Below the pieces are notes generated by a model that did no database searches, was not told where the DNA came from, and saw only the letters and a list, made by a program, of their open reading frames with translations. The position numbers were made by a program, and so were the translations under genes. A stretch of 48,786 nucleotides of DNA. Origin: Micavibrio sp. UBA1664. GTDB taxonomy: Bacteria; Pseudomonadota; Alphaproteobacteria; Micavibrionales; UBA1664. The stretch lies in the NCBI GenBank assembly GCA_002320485.1, contig DCKW01000050.1:1-48786 (forward strand), in the 5' to 3' direction. Within the stretch, counting starts at the first letter, position 1. Each line of letters starts with the position of its first letter. Shown in pieces: positions 1-8,079 of this stretch.

Positions 1-2
1 TA

Positions 3-575
3 GCAATGGGCTACACAATCGGTTTTCTCATGGTTTCTAAAGGCCGTTTCCAGCTTTTTACTGAAAACACCATCACCGCTATTCTCCCCGCCCTGAACGC
101 TTTCTCACTTAAAACATCTTTATGTACCGCCCGTTTATGGGTGATCGTCTTTATTGCAAACATGATCGGAACCGCTTTTTCCGCCTTTTTAATGGGCCCC
201 GCCGGCGTAGCGTCAAGCGAGCAACTGGAGGTATTTCTCTCTATCTCTAAAAATTTTGTTGTTAAGGAATCACCTGAAACCATTTTTCTGACGGCAATTC
301 CGGCCGGATTTATCCTTGCGACGATGGTCTGGATGTTACCCAATACACAAAATTCAAAAATATTTGTTGTGTTGCTCATGACATATGTCATTGCTATCGG
401 TCATTTTTCGCATGTTGTCGCAGGTTCAAGCGAAGCTTTTTTATTACTTTTTGAGGGACAATTAAGCCTTGCCGATACTTTAACTTATATTAGTTTGGCC
501 GGCCTTGGAAATATTGTCGGGGGAACCGTATTATTTTCACTTTTGGCCTATGCACAAACCTATAAAGAACTATAA
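3..575 (+). CDS. formate/nitrite transporter (FNT) family membrane protein, N-terminus cut by window edge
   Basis: Frame is open back to base 3. It has the G-x-x-LFT-x-N signature (GRFQLFTENT), several hydrophobic helices and a C-terminal GNIVGG motif. 189 aa are present of an expected ~260-280. Confidence 0.7.
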   Translation, partial: AMGYTIGFLMVSKGRFQLFTENTITAILPALNAFSLKTSLCTARLWVIVFIANMIGTAFSAFLMGPAGVASSEQLEVFLSISKNFVVKESPETIFLTAIPAGFILATMVWMLPNTQNSKIFVVLLMTYVIAIGHFSHVVAGSSEAFLLLFEGQLSLADTLTYISLAGLGNIVGGTVLFSLLAYAQTYKEL

Positions 576-590
576 TCATTACAAAATTTC

Positions 591-615
591 GGAACCATTT
601 TAAAATCAGTCCGTT
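591..615 (+). promoter_or_regulatory. ECF (EcfG-like) sigma promoter, GGAAC-N16-CGTT
   Basis: GGAAC at 591-595, 16-nt spacer, CGTT at 612-615, 33 nt upstream of the ATG at 648. Exact match to the alphaproteobacterial general-stress promoter consensus. Confidence 0.6.
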
Positions 616-647
616 GGGGCATGTACATATGAAAGGATGTAAGAGTT

Positions 648-818
648 ATGAATATGACGAAAATCTTATTAACAATTCTGGTCGTCGCCGTGATCGGGAT
701 TTTGGGTCTGATGATTTATCAGAGCCAGCAAAAATCACCAGCTCAGCAAATGGCAGATGATTTCGGTGAAGTTACTGAGGAAATCGGTGACGAAATTGAT
801 GATGCAACCACAAACTAA
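648..818 (+). CDS. small single-pass membrane protein (56 aa), hypothetical
   Basis: Absent from the ORF track (<60 aa). ATG 648, TAA 816-818. MNMTKILLTILVVAVIGILGLMIYQ... is a hydrophobic helix followed by an acidic tail. It lies between the ECF-type promoter and the OmpA-like gene. Confidence 0.5.
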   Translation: MNMTKILLTILVVAVIGILGLMIYQSQQKSPAQQMADDFGEVTEEIGDEIDDATTN

Positions 819-851
819 CTACCAAATTTTTTCAATTAAAGGAGTAAACTA

Positions 852-1448
852 ATGAAAAAAACACTATTAGCCGCAACAACAGCATTGGCAATTACATTGA
901 CTGCAGGCGTTGCTTCAGCTCAGGAAGAAAAACCTCTTGACCTGATTGATTCAAACAATGTACGCGAGCAAAACGCGTATGAATATGAATTTAACCGTGA
1001 TGAACAATGTCAAGGTTACATGCTGGGTGTGAAGCGTCTGGGCATTACTGATTCATGTGCAAAAGATGAAGAAGAAGAATTGATCGTTGTTCCCCAAAAT
1101 GAACAACAAGAGCTTCTAAACGAATATGTCGTTTATTTTGACTTTGATAAAGCGAACATTCGTCCTCAGGATGAAGCTGTTTTGCGTCAAGCCGCAAGCG
1201 AAATTACGAAGTACAACCCATCTGACGTTGCCGTTGTCGGTTACACAGACACAAGCGGATCAATGGCTTATAACCAAGCCTTGTCAGCACGTCGTGCCAA
1301 TGCCGTTTCTAATTACCTTACATCAATGGGTGTTGAAAACTATGTTGTGAAGGAAGCCGCAAGAGGTGAAACAGACTTGGCTGTTCCAACAAACGACGAA
1401 GTGCGTATGCAGGAAAACCGTCGCGTTGCGATCCAGTTCTTACGCTAA
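852..1448 (+). CDS. OmpA-family peptidoglycan-binding protein with signal peptide
   Basis: N-terminal signal peptide (..GVASAQ). The C-terminal OmpA_C-like block is VYFDFDKANI...GYTDTSGSMAYNQALSARRANAV...NRRVAIQF. RBS is AAAGGAG. Confidence 0.9.
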   Translation: MKKTLLAATTALAITLTAGVASAQEEKPLDLIDSNNVREQNAYEYEFNRDEQCQGYMLGVKRLGITDSCAKDEEEELIVVPQNEQQELLNEYVVYFDFDKANIRPQDEAVLRQAASEITKYNPSDVAVVGYTDTSGSMAYNQALSARRANAVSNYLTSMGVENYVVKEAARGETDLAVPTNDEVRMQENRRVAIQFLR

Positions 1449-1455
1449 TCTTTAT

Positions 1456-1478
1456 AATTTATCTTACAAAGATAAATT
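1456..1478. repeat. perfect 9-bp inverted repeat (AATTTATCT / AGATAAATT, 5-nt loop) just after the OmpA-like stop
   Basis: Read directly from the sequence. It lies immediately 5' of the GC-rich terminator hairpin. Confidence 0.5.
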
Positions 1479-1481
1479 TAA

Positions 1482-1509
1482 AGCCCGGCGAAACGTCGGG
1501 CTTTTTTTT
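1482..1509 (+). terminator. rho-independent terminator
   Basis: GCCCGGCG-AAA-CGTCGGGC hairpin followed by a T8 run. Confidence 0.8.
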
Positions 1510-1524
1510 AAAGGAATATAATTC

Positions 1525-2025
1525 ATGATACAAATCGCTGATACTCTTAACACTCTTACATATGTAGAATTAATTGCCCGCGTTGCTCTGGCTGGCATAT
1601 TTGGCGCTCTGCTCGGTCTTGACAGGGATGCCAAAGGCAAACCGGTGGATTTTCGCGCTTTTATGATTGTTTGTATCTCAACATGCCTCGTCGCTATTTT
1701 AGGTCAAGAGTTATTTTTTACGTATAAAAATGAAGCTGAAAGTGAATTTCTTAATCTTGATCTTGGGAAAATTATTGCAGGTGCTCTTACAGGGATAGGA
1801 TTTCTTGGTGCAGGCGCAATCATTCAGAATTGCGACGAACAAAAAGTGGTAGGCACAGCCACAGGGGCCGGCATATGGGGGTCCGCTATTATAGGCTTAT
1901 GCCTTGGTTTCGGACAATTAATACTGGCTTTAACAGGGTTTATAATAATTGGAATTATATTATTTTTCGCTGGACGTATATTTTCTTATTTAAAGACATT
2001 ACAGCAAAAAAATAGCCCGAAATAA
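1525..2025 (+). CDS. MgtC/SapB family membrane protein
   Basis: The N-terminal motif ARVALAGIFGALLGLDRDAKGKPVDFRAF matches the MgtC family (..GxxIGxER...K.AGxRT). There are 4-5 TM helices and the size is 166 aa. Confidence 0.75.
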   Translation: MIQIADTLNTLTYVELIARVALAGIFGALLGLDRDAKGKPVDFRAFMIVCISTCLVAILGQELFFTYKNEAESEFLNLDLGKIIAGALTGIGFLGAGAIIQNCDEQKVVGTATGAGIWGSAIIGLCLGFGQLILALTGFIIIGIILFFAGRIFSYLKTLQQKNSPK

Positions 2026-2033
2026 TCGGGCTA
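2005..2033 (-). terminator. rho-independent terminator for the minus-strand lipoprotein operon (overlaps the mgtC 3' end)
   Basis: TAGCCCGA-aataa-TCGGGCTA hairpin. On the minus strand it is followed by a T-run (A-run 2005-2012 on plus). Confidence 0.6.
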
Positions 2034-2052
2034 AATTTAAATAGTCATTATT

Positions 2053-2283
2053 TTAATCGAAATCGACCTGATCTTCGGTTGTAACCGCCCCTACACCTGC
2101 ACCAACTGCGCCACCTAGTAGAGCACCGCCGCCAACGCTTCCGCCTGTTGCTGCGCCGGCCACCGCACCTGTTGCCGCACCGATACCTGCACCTGATAAT
2201 GCACGCTCACCACGTGTATTACCGCATGCTGAAACTGCGATTGCTGTTGTCGCTAAAAGAGCTGTTAAAAGTAATGTTTTCAT
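2053..2283 (-). CDS. glycine-zipper (17-kDa-antigen-like) lipoprotein
   Basis: Signal peptide with lipobox AVSAC. The Gly/Ala-rich GxxxG repeats read GAGIGAATGAVAGAATGGSVGGGALLGGAVGAGVGA. Confidence 0.75.
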   Translation of the reverse strand: MKTLLLTALLATTAIAVSACGNTRGERALSGAGIGAATGAVAGAATGGSVGGGALLGGAVGAGVGAVTTEDQVDFD

Positions 2284-2313
2284 GAAATTTTCCTCTTGAA
2301 AGTTAAATAATAT

Positions 2314-2517
2314 TTATTGATAGGATGGGTCTATCTGATGATGGATTTCCGCTTCAAGATGATGAAGATTATCATCACAACATTCATGTAATAAAAATAA
2401 TGTCGTTTCCTCATCATTCTCGATCATATGAAATTTTTCATCGAAATCGCGCGCATTGACTTGCATGATTGCTTCTTCGAGATCAGTTTGATGATAATCC
2501 TTGATTTGAGTAGCCAT
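2314..2517 (-). CDS. hypothetical acidic His/Cys-rich protein (67 aa)
   Basis: I prefer the ATG at 2517 (MATQIKDY..) because AAGGAG lies 7 nt upstream. The track's longer start at 2550 lacks an RBS. No family recognised. Confidence 0.5.
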   Translation of the reverse strand: MATQIKDYHQTDLEEAIMQVNARDFDEKFHMIENDEETTLFLLHECCDDNLHHLEAEIHHQIDPSYQ

Positions 2518-2593
2518 TGGATAGCTCCTTTCAATTGTTATATTCAACAAACAAAAGACAGCAAAAAATAGTTCCTATATTGATTTTGTTAAA

Positions 2594-3580
2594 TCACAAC
2601 CATTTCAATATCTTGAATAATCCGATGAAGGCTCCGCCGCACAAAACACATAATCCGACAACGATCCAGAACGCTAATGGATTATTCACCCCCGGCATTC
2701 CGCCGACATTGATACCCAACAATCCCGTCAAAAATCCCAGTGGCAAAAATATGCCTGCAATCAATGACAATGCGTATGTGTTTTTGTTCATGCGATCGGA
2801 GAGAATATTGGTATATTCTTCCTTGATAATCTGGGCCCGTTCCCGAACGGAATCCAGATCTTCCAGATATCGTGTTAGTCGATCCTGATTTTCTTGGAAT
2901 CTCCGGGTTGTATGAGCATGGATCCAAGGCATTTCGGCATTTCGCAAACTGGCCATTACGTCTTTTTGCGGTGAAATATAACGTTTAAATATAAGGGCTT
3001 TGCGGCGAACCTCGTTAACTCTTTGCCGTTCTGTTGAGCTGACATCCTCCAACATCGATTCTTCTATATCATCAATTTCTTCGCCTAATTCAAATAACAC
3101 CGGTTGCATTCGTTCGAATAATCTTTGACCCAGCATGGCCAGAAACGCACCCGCATCCTTGGGGCCTTTCCCACTATCCAGATTATCACGAATATCCTGC
3201 ACCGCCTTTAAAGGACGGCGACGTAGTGAGATTATACGGCTTTCATCAATCCATAAGCGAATGGATATCATATCTTCGGGATCGGCATTTTCCTGCAAAT
3301 TCATACCGCGTAAAATCACCATAGCCCCTTTACCGAAAAAGGTAACACGCGGGCGTGTCTCCTCGGCCAATAACGCGTCGATAATCAGAGAATCCAAATA
3401 ATCTACATTTTCCCTGAGCCAAGGCTCGGTTTCTGATGCAGTGGCATCAAGGTGAACCCAAGCGAGTTTTTTCGCTTTGATCTGTTTGTCGACCTCTTTG
3501 CCTGTGAGGGGCTTTGCTCCGCCCTTACCATCAAACTCGTAAGCGAAAAGAACAAAATTACCTTCATTAAGCTGCGTCAT
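2594..3580 (-). CDS. zntB: CorA-superfamily divalent cation transporter, ZntB-like (zinc)
   Basis: 328 aa with two C-terminal TM helices. The loop LLGINVGGMPG is a ZntB-type G-x-N motif rather than the CorA GMN. The N-terminal cytoplasmic funnel domain is present. Confidence 0.75.
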   Translation of the reverse strand: MTQLNEGNFVLFAYEFDGKGGAKPLTGKEVDKQIKAKKLAWVHLDATASETEPWLRENVDYLDSLIIDALLAEETRPRVTFFGKGAMVILRGMNLQENADPEDMISIRLWIDESRIISLRRRPLKAVQDIRDNLDSGKGPKDAGAFLAMLGQRLFERMQPVLFELGEEIDDIEESMLEDVSSTERQRVNEVRRKALIFKRYISPQKDVMASLRNAEMPWIHAHTTRRFQENQDRLTRYLEDLDSVRERAQIIKEEYTNILSDRMNKNTYALSLIAGIFLPLGFLTGLLGINVGGMPGVNNPLAFWIVVGLCVLCGGAFIGLFKILKWL

Positions 3581-3593
3581 GTGTAAAAGTGTA

Positions 3594-4937
3594 TCAGTTA
3601 ATTATGCCCTGCGCCAGAATGGCATTCGCGACCTTGCGAAAACCTGCCATATTGGCCCCGTGAATGTAACGATCCGGCGATGTCTGATCAGGCATATGAC
3701 GTTTGCATTCGTCAAAAATATCTTCCATTATGGTTTGTAAATTCTCATCAACCCTTTCTGCCGACCATTGTTCCATCATTGCATTTTGAGTGCGCTCTAT
3801 TCCGGATACGGCGACACCACCGGCATTGACAGCCTTTGAAGGAAGCAGGATTATTTTTTCTTTAAGGGCTGCCTCGCCTGCCTTACGAGTTAACGGCATA
3901 TTTGCAGCCTCACATATTATAGAGGCACCGGCTTTTGTAATGGCTTTTACCTCTGCTTCATCCACTTCATTTTGCGTAGCTGACGGGGCGGCAATGTCAT
4001 ATTTGCACAATCCCCAAGGGCTTTTACCATCGTGATACTCGGCATCTATGTTATAATCAGAATGATCGCCCAATCTACCCTTATTATCAAATTTTAATTT
4101 TTTTATCGATTTGATATCTTGAGATGTAAATCCATTATTTTTTATTAATGTTCCAGTACTGTCTGATAATGACACGACAATACCCCCCATTTGCGTCAGT
4201 TTCTCAGCCAGATATATAGCAACATTTCCGGCACCCGAGATCGCTATTTTTTGTTCTTTTACAGACTTAGCATCCGCCTGAAGTGCTCGACGCAAGAAAT
4301 AAGCCGCCCCGTAGCCCGTTGCCTCGGCGCGCATATAACTTCCGCCATAGGACGGGTCTTTTCCCGTTAAAACCCCTTGATGATGATCAGTCAGTGATTT
4401 GTAAGCGCCGAACATATAGCCGATCTCTGTCGAAGACACACCGATATCACCTGCAGGAACATCGGTTTCACGTCCGATAAAGCTTTTTAACTCAATCATG
4501 AAGGCCTGACAAAATCGCATAATTTCTTTATCGGATTTTCCCTTCGGATCAAAATCTGCCCCACCTTTCGCACCGCCCATAGGCAGACCTGTCAAAGCAT
4601 TTTTGAATGTTTGCTCATAGCTTAAAAATTGGAATGTCTCTTCTTTGACTGCCGGATGGAATCGTAATCCCCCCTTGTAAGCACCAAGCGCGTTATTATG
4701 TTGGACCCTCCATCCAGTATTGTGATGAATATCACCGCTATCATCCTGCCAGGTTACGCGAAATTTTATGGTACGATCGTGGTTAAATAAACGCTCAAAC
4801 AGACGGCCCTCTTTATAAGACGGCTCATTATCATAAATTTTCTCAATGGAATGCGCCATATCGGCAACTGCCTGATGAAACATATTGGTGTCGGGTTTCA
4901 ATTGTGAAACCACTAAATTCAGATCATTTTTGGACAT
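3594..4937 (-). CDS. gdhA: NADP-specific glutamate dehydrogenase
   Basis: Motifs seen: RVQHNNALGAYKGGLRFHP, GLPMGGAKGG, GVLTGK, and the Rossmann ISGAGNVA. I take the start at MSKNDL (4937). The track's 5048 start adds 37 non-conserved residues. Confidence 0.93.
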   Translation of the reverse strand: MSKNDLNLVVSQLKPDTNMFHQAVADMAHSIEKIYDNEPSYKEGRLFERLFNHDRTIKFRVTWQDDSGDIHHNTGWRVQHNNALGAYKGGLRFHPAVKEETFQFLSYEQTFKNALTGLPMGGAKGGADFDPKGKSDKEIMRFCQAFMIELKSFIGRETDVPAGDIGVSSTEIGYMFGAYKSLTDHHQGVLTGKDPSYGGSYMRAEATGYGAAYFLRRALQADAKSVKEQKIAISGAGNVAIYLAEKLTQMGGIVVSLSDSTGTLIKNNGFTSQDIKSIKKLKFDNKGRLGDHSDYNIDAEYHDGKSPWGLCKYDIAAPSATQNEVDEAEVKAITKAGASIICEAANMPLTRKAGEAALKEKIILLPSKAVNAGGVAVSGIERTQNAMMEQWSAERVDENLQTIMEDIFDECKRHMPDQTSPDRYIHGANMAGFRKVANAILAQGIIN

Positions 4938-5128
4938 ACGGATAATCTTTACTGTCCTCACCAAACATACATGCCAGACGGTTTTTTTGGTTTTTGTTAT
5001 GCTGTTGTGTGGAAAGCGCTCCATTGCGGGCAAATGATTTTTTATCAAGGCCTTCCGACGACATCATGTATGCAACCCGATGGTGTGTAGATATGTCAGC
5101 TGTTTTCATAGAGAGTATACCTTTCTTT

Positions 5129-5160
5129 GAAAAAAGCCTTGGGTTGATTTACCCAAGGCT
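5129..5160 (-). terminator. rho-independent terminator of the PRC-barrel gene
   Basis: 10-bp stem AGCCTTGGGT/ACCCAAGGCT. On the minus strand it is followed by a T-run. Confidence 0.75.
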
Positions 5161-5182
5161 TAAAATATCAATATAATATTAT

Positions 5183-5968
5183 TTATTGGACGGACAGTTT
5201 GAATTCCGCATTCTGGTCTTTATTCATCACGATTGATGCATCATCGTAATCTACAAGGCCTTTTGAATCCGTTGGCTTATCACCATTATAGGAAACAACC
5301 AATTTTGAGGCTTCATCCCCCTCAATGATAATACTGTCAACTTTGGCAATTTCCTTCATATCGGAATTTACAACACGCGCTCCGACCAAATTAGATGTTA
5401 AATACATATCACCTGTCACAGTATTTTTATCAAACTCGCCCATGGCTTTTAATTCGGCTTCGGTTAGATTTGTATGAAATCCTGCATTATCGCCTGTCGC
5501 TTCCATAGTCATAGACTCATAATCGACAGCAACCGTATCACCGCCTAAACCCAGCAGACCTCCACTTGTTACCACAAGTTTCTCAATATCACCTTCATTA
5601 TCTAGCATGATATCAGTGACATCACCTATTTTCTGATTTTGTGAGTTATAAACATTCATCCCCTCAATATCATCAACTGTAAAGCGGGTTTCATTGTCAA
5701 CATAGGCATCAATATCCGTATTGGTATCCAACCATTTTGCAGTTTCCTCATATGCCTTTTCAGAGCTTTCGGCAACTGAATCTGCGGCTTCTGTTACTGC
5801 TTCTTTGGTTTTGTCCCAAGCGTTTGCCGTTGCTTCTTTTGTACTTTCCCAGCCTGTTTTCGCATCGGCTTCAATTTGGGTTTCTGTTTGCACATCGGCA
5901 TTTTGTGCCATCGCAGGCACTGCAACGAACATAGTTAACGCTGATGCCGCAAGTAGTAAAGTTTTCAT
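5183..5968 (-). CDS. secreted PRC-barrel domain protein (two PRC-barrel repeats)
   Basis: Signal peptide ..VPAMAQ. Two repeats of the type V(Y/V)N..(Q/M)K(I/E)G.V.D(I/S)(M/I)(L/I)..(E/G)(G/D)...KLVV are typical of PRC barrels. Confidence 0.7.
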   Translation of the reverse strand: MKTLLLAASALTMFVAVPAMAQNADVQTETQIEADAKTGWESTKEATANAWDKTKEAVTEAADSVAESSEKAYEETAKWLDTNTDIDAYVDNETRFTVDDIEGMNVYNSQNQKIGDVTDIMLDNEGDIEKLVVTSGGLLGLGGDTVAVDYESMTMEATGDNAGFHTNLTEAELKAMGEFDKNTVTGDMYLTSNLVGARVVNSDMKEIAKVDSIIIEGDEASKLVVSYNGDKPTDSKGLVDYDDASIVMNKDQNAEFKLSVQ

Positions 5969-6039
5969 TTTTCAATCTCCTTTTGGTTTTGATGCCTTGC
6001 CAAAGGTTAAGATCAAAATTAGTTCCACCATTTTCCAAA

Positions 6040-6065
6040 GGAACTTTTCCCCGATTTCGCCCGTA
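6040..6065 (+). promoter_or_regulatory. ECF-type promoter motif GGAAC-N17-CGTA
   Basis: GGAAC at 6040-6044, CGTA at 6062-6065, 51 nt upstream of the ATG at 6116. Confidence 0.45.
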
Positions 6066-6115
6066 GATTTAACATCTACAGCACATCACTATCTATTTAA
6101 GGAGTATAAAAAATT

Positions 6116-6568
6116 ATGTCACATACCGAACGCACTTTACAAAATCTGATCAATATTTGCGAGGATGCACGTGAATTTTACAGCGACGCCATCGATCAAA
6201 CCTCAGATCCTGAGATGAAACGTCTATGCCGTCAAATGGCAGATATAAGAAAAGGGATTATTATTGATTTACGCGCCTATGCCCGTCAAAACGATCTCAA
6301 ACTTGACGAAGCATCAAATACTATCGGCGGACAGGTTAACAAATTTCTTGGCGAGCATATTGCAAAATGGAGCGACAATACCGATGAAGCCTTAATAGTA
6401 TACCTTGAGGAAGCGGAAGATCGTTGCCTTCATTCATTTCAAGAGGCCTCTAATGACGATGATCTACCTTTGGAAGCCCGCCGTTTAATTACGGAAGAGT
6501 TAACCTCTTTGCAAAAGACACACGATTATATGAAAGAATTAAAAATGGCGCTTAAAAATGCCGCTTAA
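6116..6568 (+). CDS. PA2169/DUF2383-like four-helix-bundle (ferritin-like) stress protein
   Basis: 150 aa, all-helical. The N-terminus LQNLINICEDAREFYSDAI and the later EDRCLHSFQEA resemble the DUF2383 family. Assignment is from memory. Confidence 0.5.
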   Translation: MSHTERTLQNLINICEDAREFYSDAIDQTSDPEMKRLCRQMADIRKGIIIDLRAYARQNDLKLDEASNTIGGQVNKFLGEHIAKWSDNTDEALIVYLEEAEDRCLHSFQEASNDDDLPLEARRLITEELTSLQKTHDYMKELKMALKNAA

Positions 6569-6584
6569 TTGATCTCTGTCTTCA

Positions 6585-6613
6585 AAAACCCGTCAGATAT
6601 GGCGGGTTTTTTT
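6585..6613. terminator. bidirectional rho-independent terminator between convergent genes
   Basis: AACCCGTC-agatat-GGCGGGTT hairpin flanked by A5 on the 5' side and T7 on the 3' side. Confidence 0.75.
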
Positions 6614-7349
6614 ATGCAGCAGCCTTAACTTCTATATCGGCGATAAACATGTATCCGACCCCACGTACAGTTTTAATAATATGAGCGTGTGCGGGATCGT
6701 CATTCAATTTTTTACGCAATCGCGTTACCTGAATATCGATTGACCGGTCATAACTATCAAAATTATCGCCCCGTGTCTGTTCAAACAGATATTCGCGGGA
6801 TAGGGCCCGGCCTTTGGATTTTAAGAAAAGCTCTAACAATTCACATTCGCCCGAGGTTAACTCCACAATCTCGCCAGAAGTTTTGCTTAAAGACAATTTG
6901 GAGGCATCATAAATCCAGTCTCCGAAAGCATATGTTTGCGGCTGCTCTGAACTATCATTGCCCTTTAATGTTTCATTAGTGGACGGACGATGGCGCGTGT
7001 TTGCCTTAATACGCGCGACCAGTTCGCGCATTTCAAAAGGCTTTGTCATGTAGTCATCAGCCCCCATTTCAAGGCCGACAATCCTGTCTGTCGTGCTTGT
7101 TTTCCCGCTAATAACAATTATCGCACCGTTGTGAAGCTGTTTTATCTGGGGGATCAGCGTCAGGCCATCCACATCAGGCAAGCCCAAATCCATAAGAATA
7201 ATATCAAAACTATTATCTTTCAGTTTTGCCAGACAATCGGCCCCAGTCGTGACCTGAGTCAATTTCATGCCTTCATCTTCAAGATAATGCAGCATGACAA
7301 GAGCCAAATTCTCATCATCCTCCAAGCTTAAAATATTATAATTCTTCAT
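6612..7349 (-). CDS. OmpR/PhoB-family response regulator (REC + winged-helix)
   Basis: REC domain: ILSLEDDENL..., DIILMDLGLPDVDG, MTKPF. C-terminal trans_reg_C: LTSGECELLELFL...LSREYL.......RSIDIQVTRLRKKL...IKTVRGVGY. I prefer the start at MKNYNIL (7349). Confidence 0.9.
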   Translation of the reverse strand: MKNYNILSLEDDENLALVMLHYLEDEGMKLTQVTTGADCLAKLKDNSFDIILMDLGLPDVDGLTLIPQIKQLHNGAIIVISGKTSTTDRIVGLEMGADDYMTKPFEMRELVARIKANTRHRPSTNETLKGNDSSEQPQTYAFGDWIYDASKLSLSKTSGEIVELTSGECELLELFLKSKGRALSREYLFEQTRGDNFDSYDRSIDIQVTRLRKKLNDDPAHAHIIKTVRGVGYMFIADIEVKAAA

Positions 7350-7480
7350 AAAGTAACTATTACATTCATTGTTACAAAAAAGAAACAAAGTTTTTCAAAA
7401 TGGAAACATAATTGACATCACCCTGTTACAGAGCATCCCTATTCTTAAATCATCGAAAACATGAAGAGATGGAGGTCACT

Positions 7481-8017
7481 ATGTTTACAGATGCACAACT
7501 TATTACTGAGATGGATAAATTAAAGAAATTCGCTATGCGCTTAACACGCAACGATGCAGATTCAGATGATTTGTTACAAAACACAATATTACGCGCATAT
7601 GAGAAAAAACATCTTTTTGAAGAAAACAGCAACGTGTTCAGCTGGACGTCCAAAATTATGTACAACCTTTTTGTTTCTGATTACAGACGTAAAGTTAAAT
7701 TTGAAAGCCAATATGATCCGGAGCCTATTTTGGAAAAAGCCGAGGTTGTAGCCAGCCAGAACGACAAAATTATGGTGAGTGAAGTTGGTGAGGCCATGAA
7801 AAAATTGTCTCAGGATCACCGCGATATTTTGCTGATGGTTTGTGTACAAGGCATGAAATACGAAGAAACAGCCGAAGCATTGGATATTCCGGTTGGAACT
7901 GTTCGCTCACGTTTGTCTCGTGCCAGAACATTGTTGCAGGAATTAATGGATGGTTATAAAGGCCAACAAGGTTTCTCTATTGCAAATACAAATACCGGAC
8001 TTATGAAAGCCGCATAG
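7481..8017 (+). CDS. ECF-family RNA polymerase sigma-70 factor
   Basis: Region 2 (DADSDDLLQNTILRAYEK...FSWTSKIMYNLFVSDYRR) and region 4 (LSQDHRDILLMVCVQGMKYEETAEALDIPVGTVRSRLSRAR) are both present. The ATG at 7481 has GGAGG at 7471-7475. Confidence 0.9.
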   Translation: MFTDAQLITEMDKLKKFAMRLTRNDADSDDLLQNTILRAYEKKHLFEENSNVFSWTSKIMYNLFVSDYRRKVKFESQYDPEPILEKAEVVASQNDKIMVSEVGEAMKKLSQDHRDILLMVCVQGMKYEETAEALDIPVGTVRSRLSRARTLLQELMDGYKGQQGFSIANTNTGLMKAA

Positions 8018-8051
8018 AAATTTACGATTTACCCTTCGAACCCCTCTGAAG

Positions 8052-8079
8052 CCGGGAACTATATGTTCCCGGTTTTTTT
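8052..8079 (+). terminator. rho-independent terminator of the sigma-factor gene
   Basis: CCGGGAAC-tatat-GTTCCCGG hairpin followed by T7. Confidence 0.8.

Noticed and set aside
4938-5128. Possible sigma-54 (TGGCAC-N5-TTGC) element, TGGAAAGCGCTCCATTGC, near the gdhA upstream region.
   Set aside because: It is on the wrong strand for gdhA, and the GG-to-GC spacing is about 3 nt too long for a -24/-12 promoter.
5721-6149. 142-aa plus-strand ORF (and the 65-aa ORF at 5737-5934) overlapping the PRC-barrel gene.
   Set aside because: It is antisense to a gene with a signal peptide and domain repeats. The translation is Ser/Ala/Phe-rich, has no motif, and runs across the real promoter region.
6612-7349. 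Response regulator next to the ECF sigma factor as a PhyR anti-anti-sigma factor.
   Set aside because: The domain order is REC followed by an OmpR-type winged helix, with the trans_reg_C motif (RSIDIQVTRLRKKL, VRGVGY). PhyR has a sigma-like N-terminal domain and a C-terminal REC.
7412-7480. The track's longer TTG-initiated start for the sigma factor. Similar 5' extensions occur for gdhA (to 5048), the helicase (to 16458), the OmpR-type regulator (to 7388), mutM (from 40133) and the 67-aa ORF (to 2550).
   Set aside because: The extensions add non-conserved residues and lack an RBS. For three of these genes the internal ATG has positive support: the sigma factor (GGAGG 5-10 nt upstream), mutM (the canonical family N-terminus MPELPEVE) and the 67-aa ORF (AAGGAG 7 nt upstream). 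For gdhA, the helicase and the OmpR-type regulator the internal ATG is preferred only by exclusion, because the extension is unsupported.
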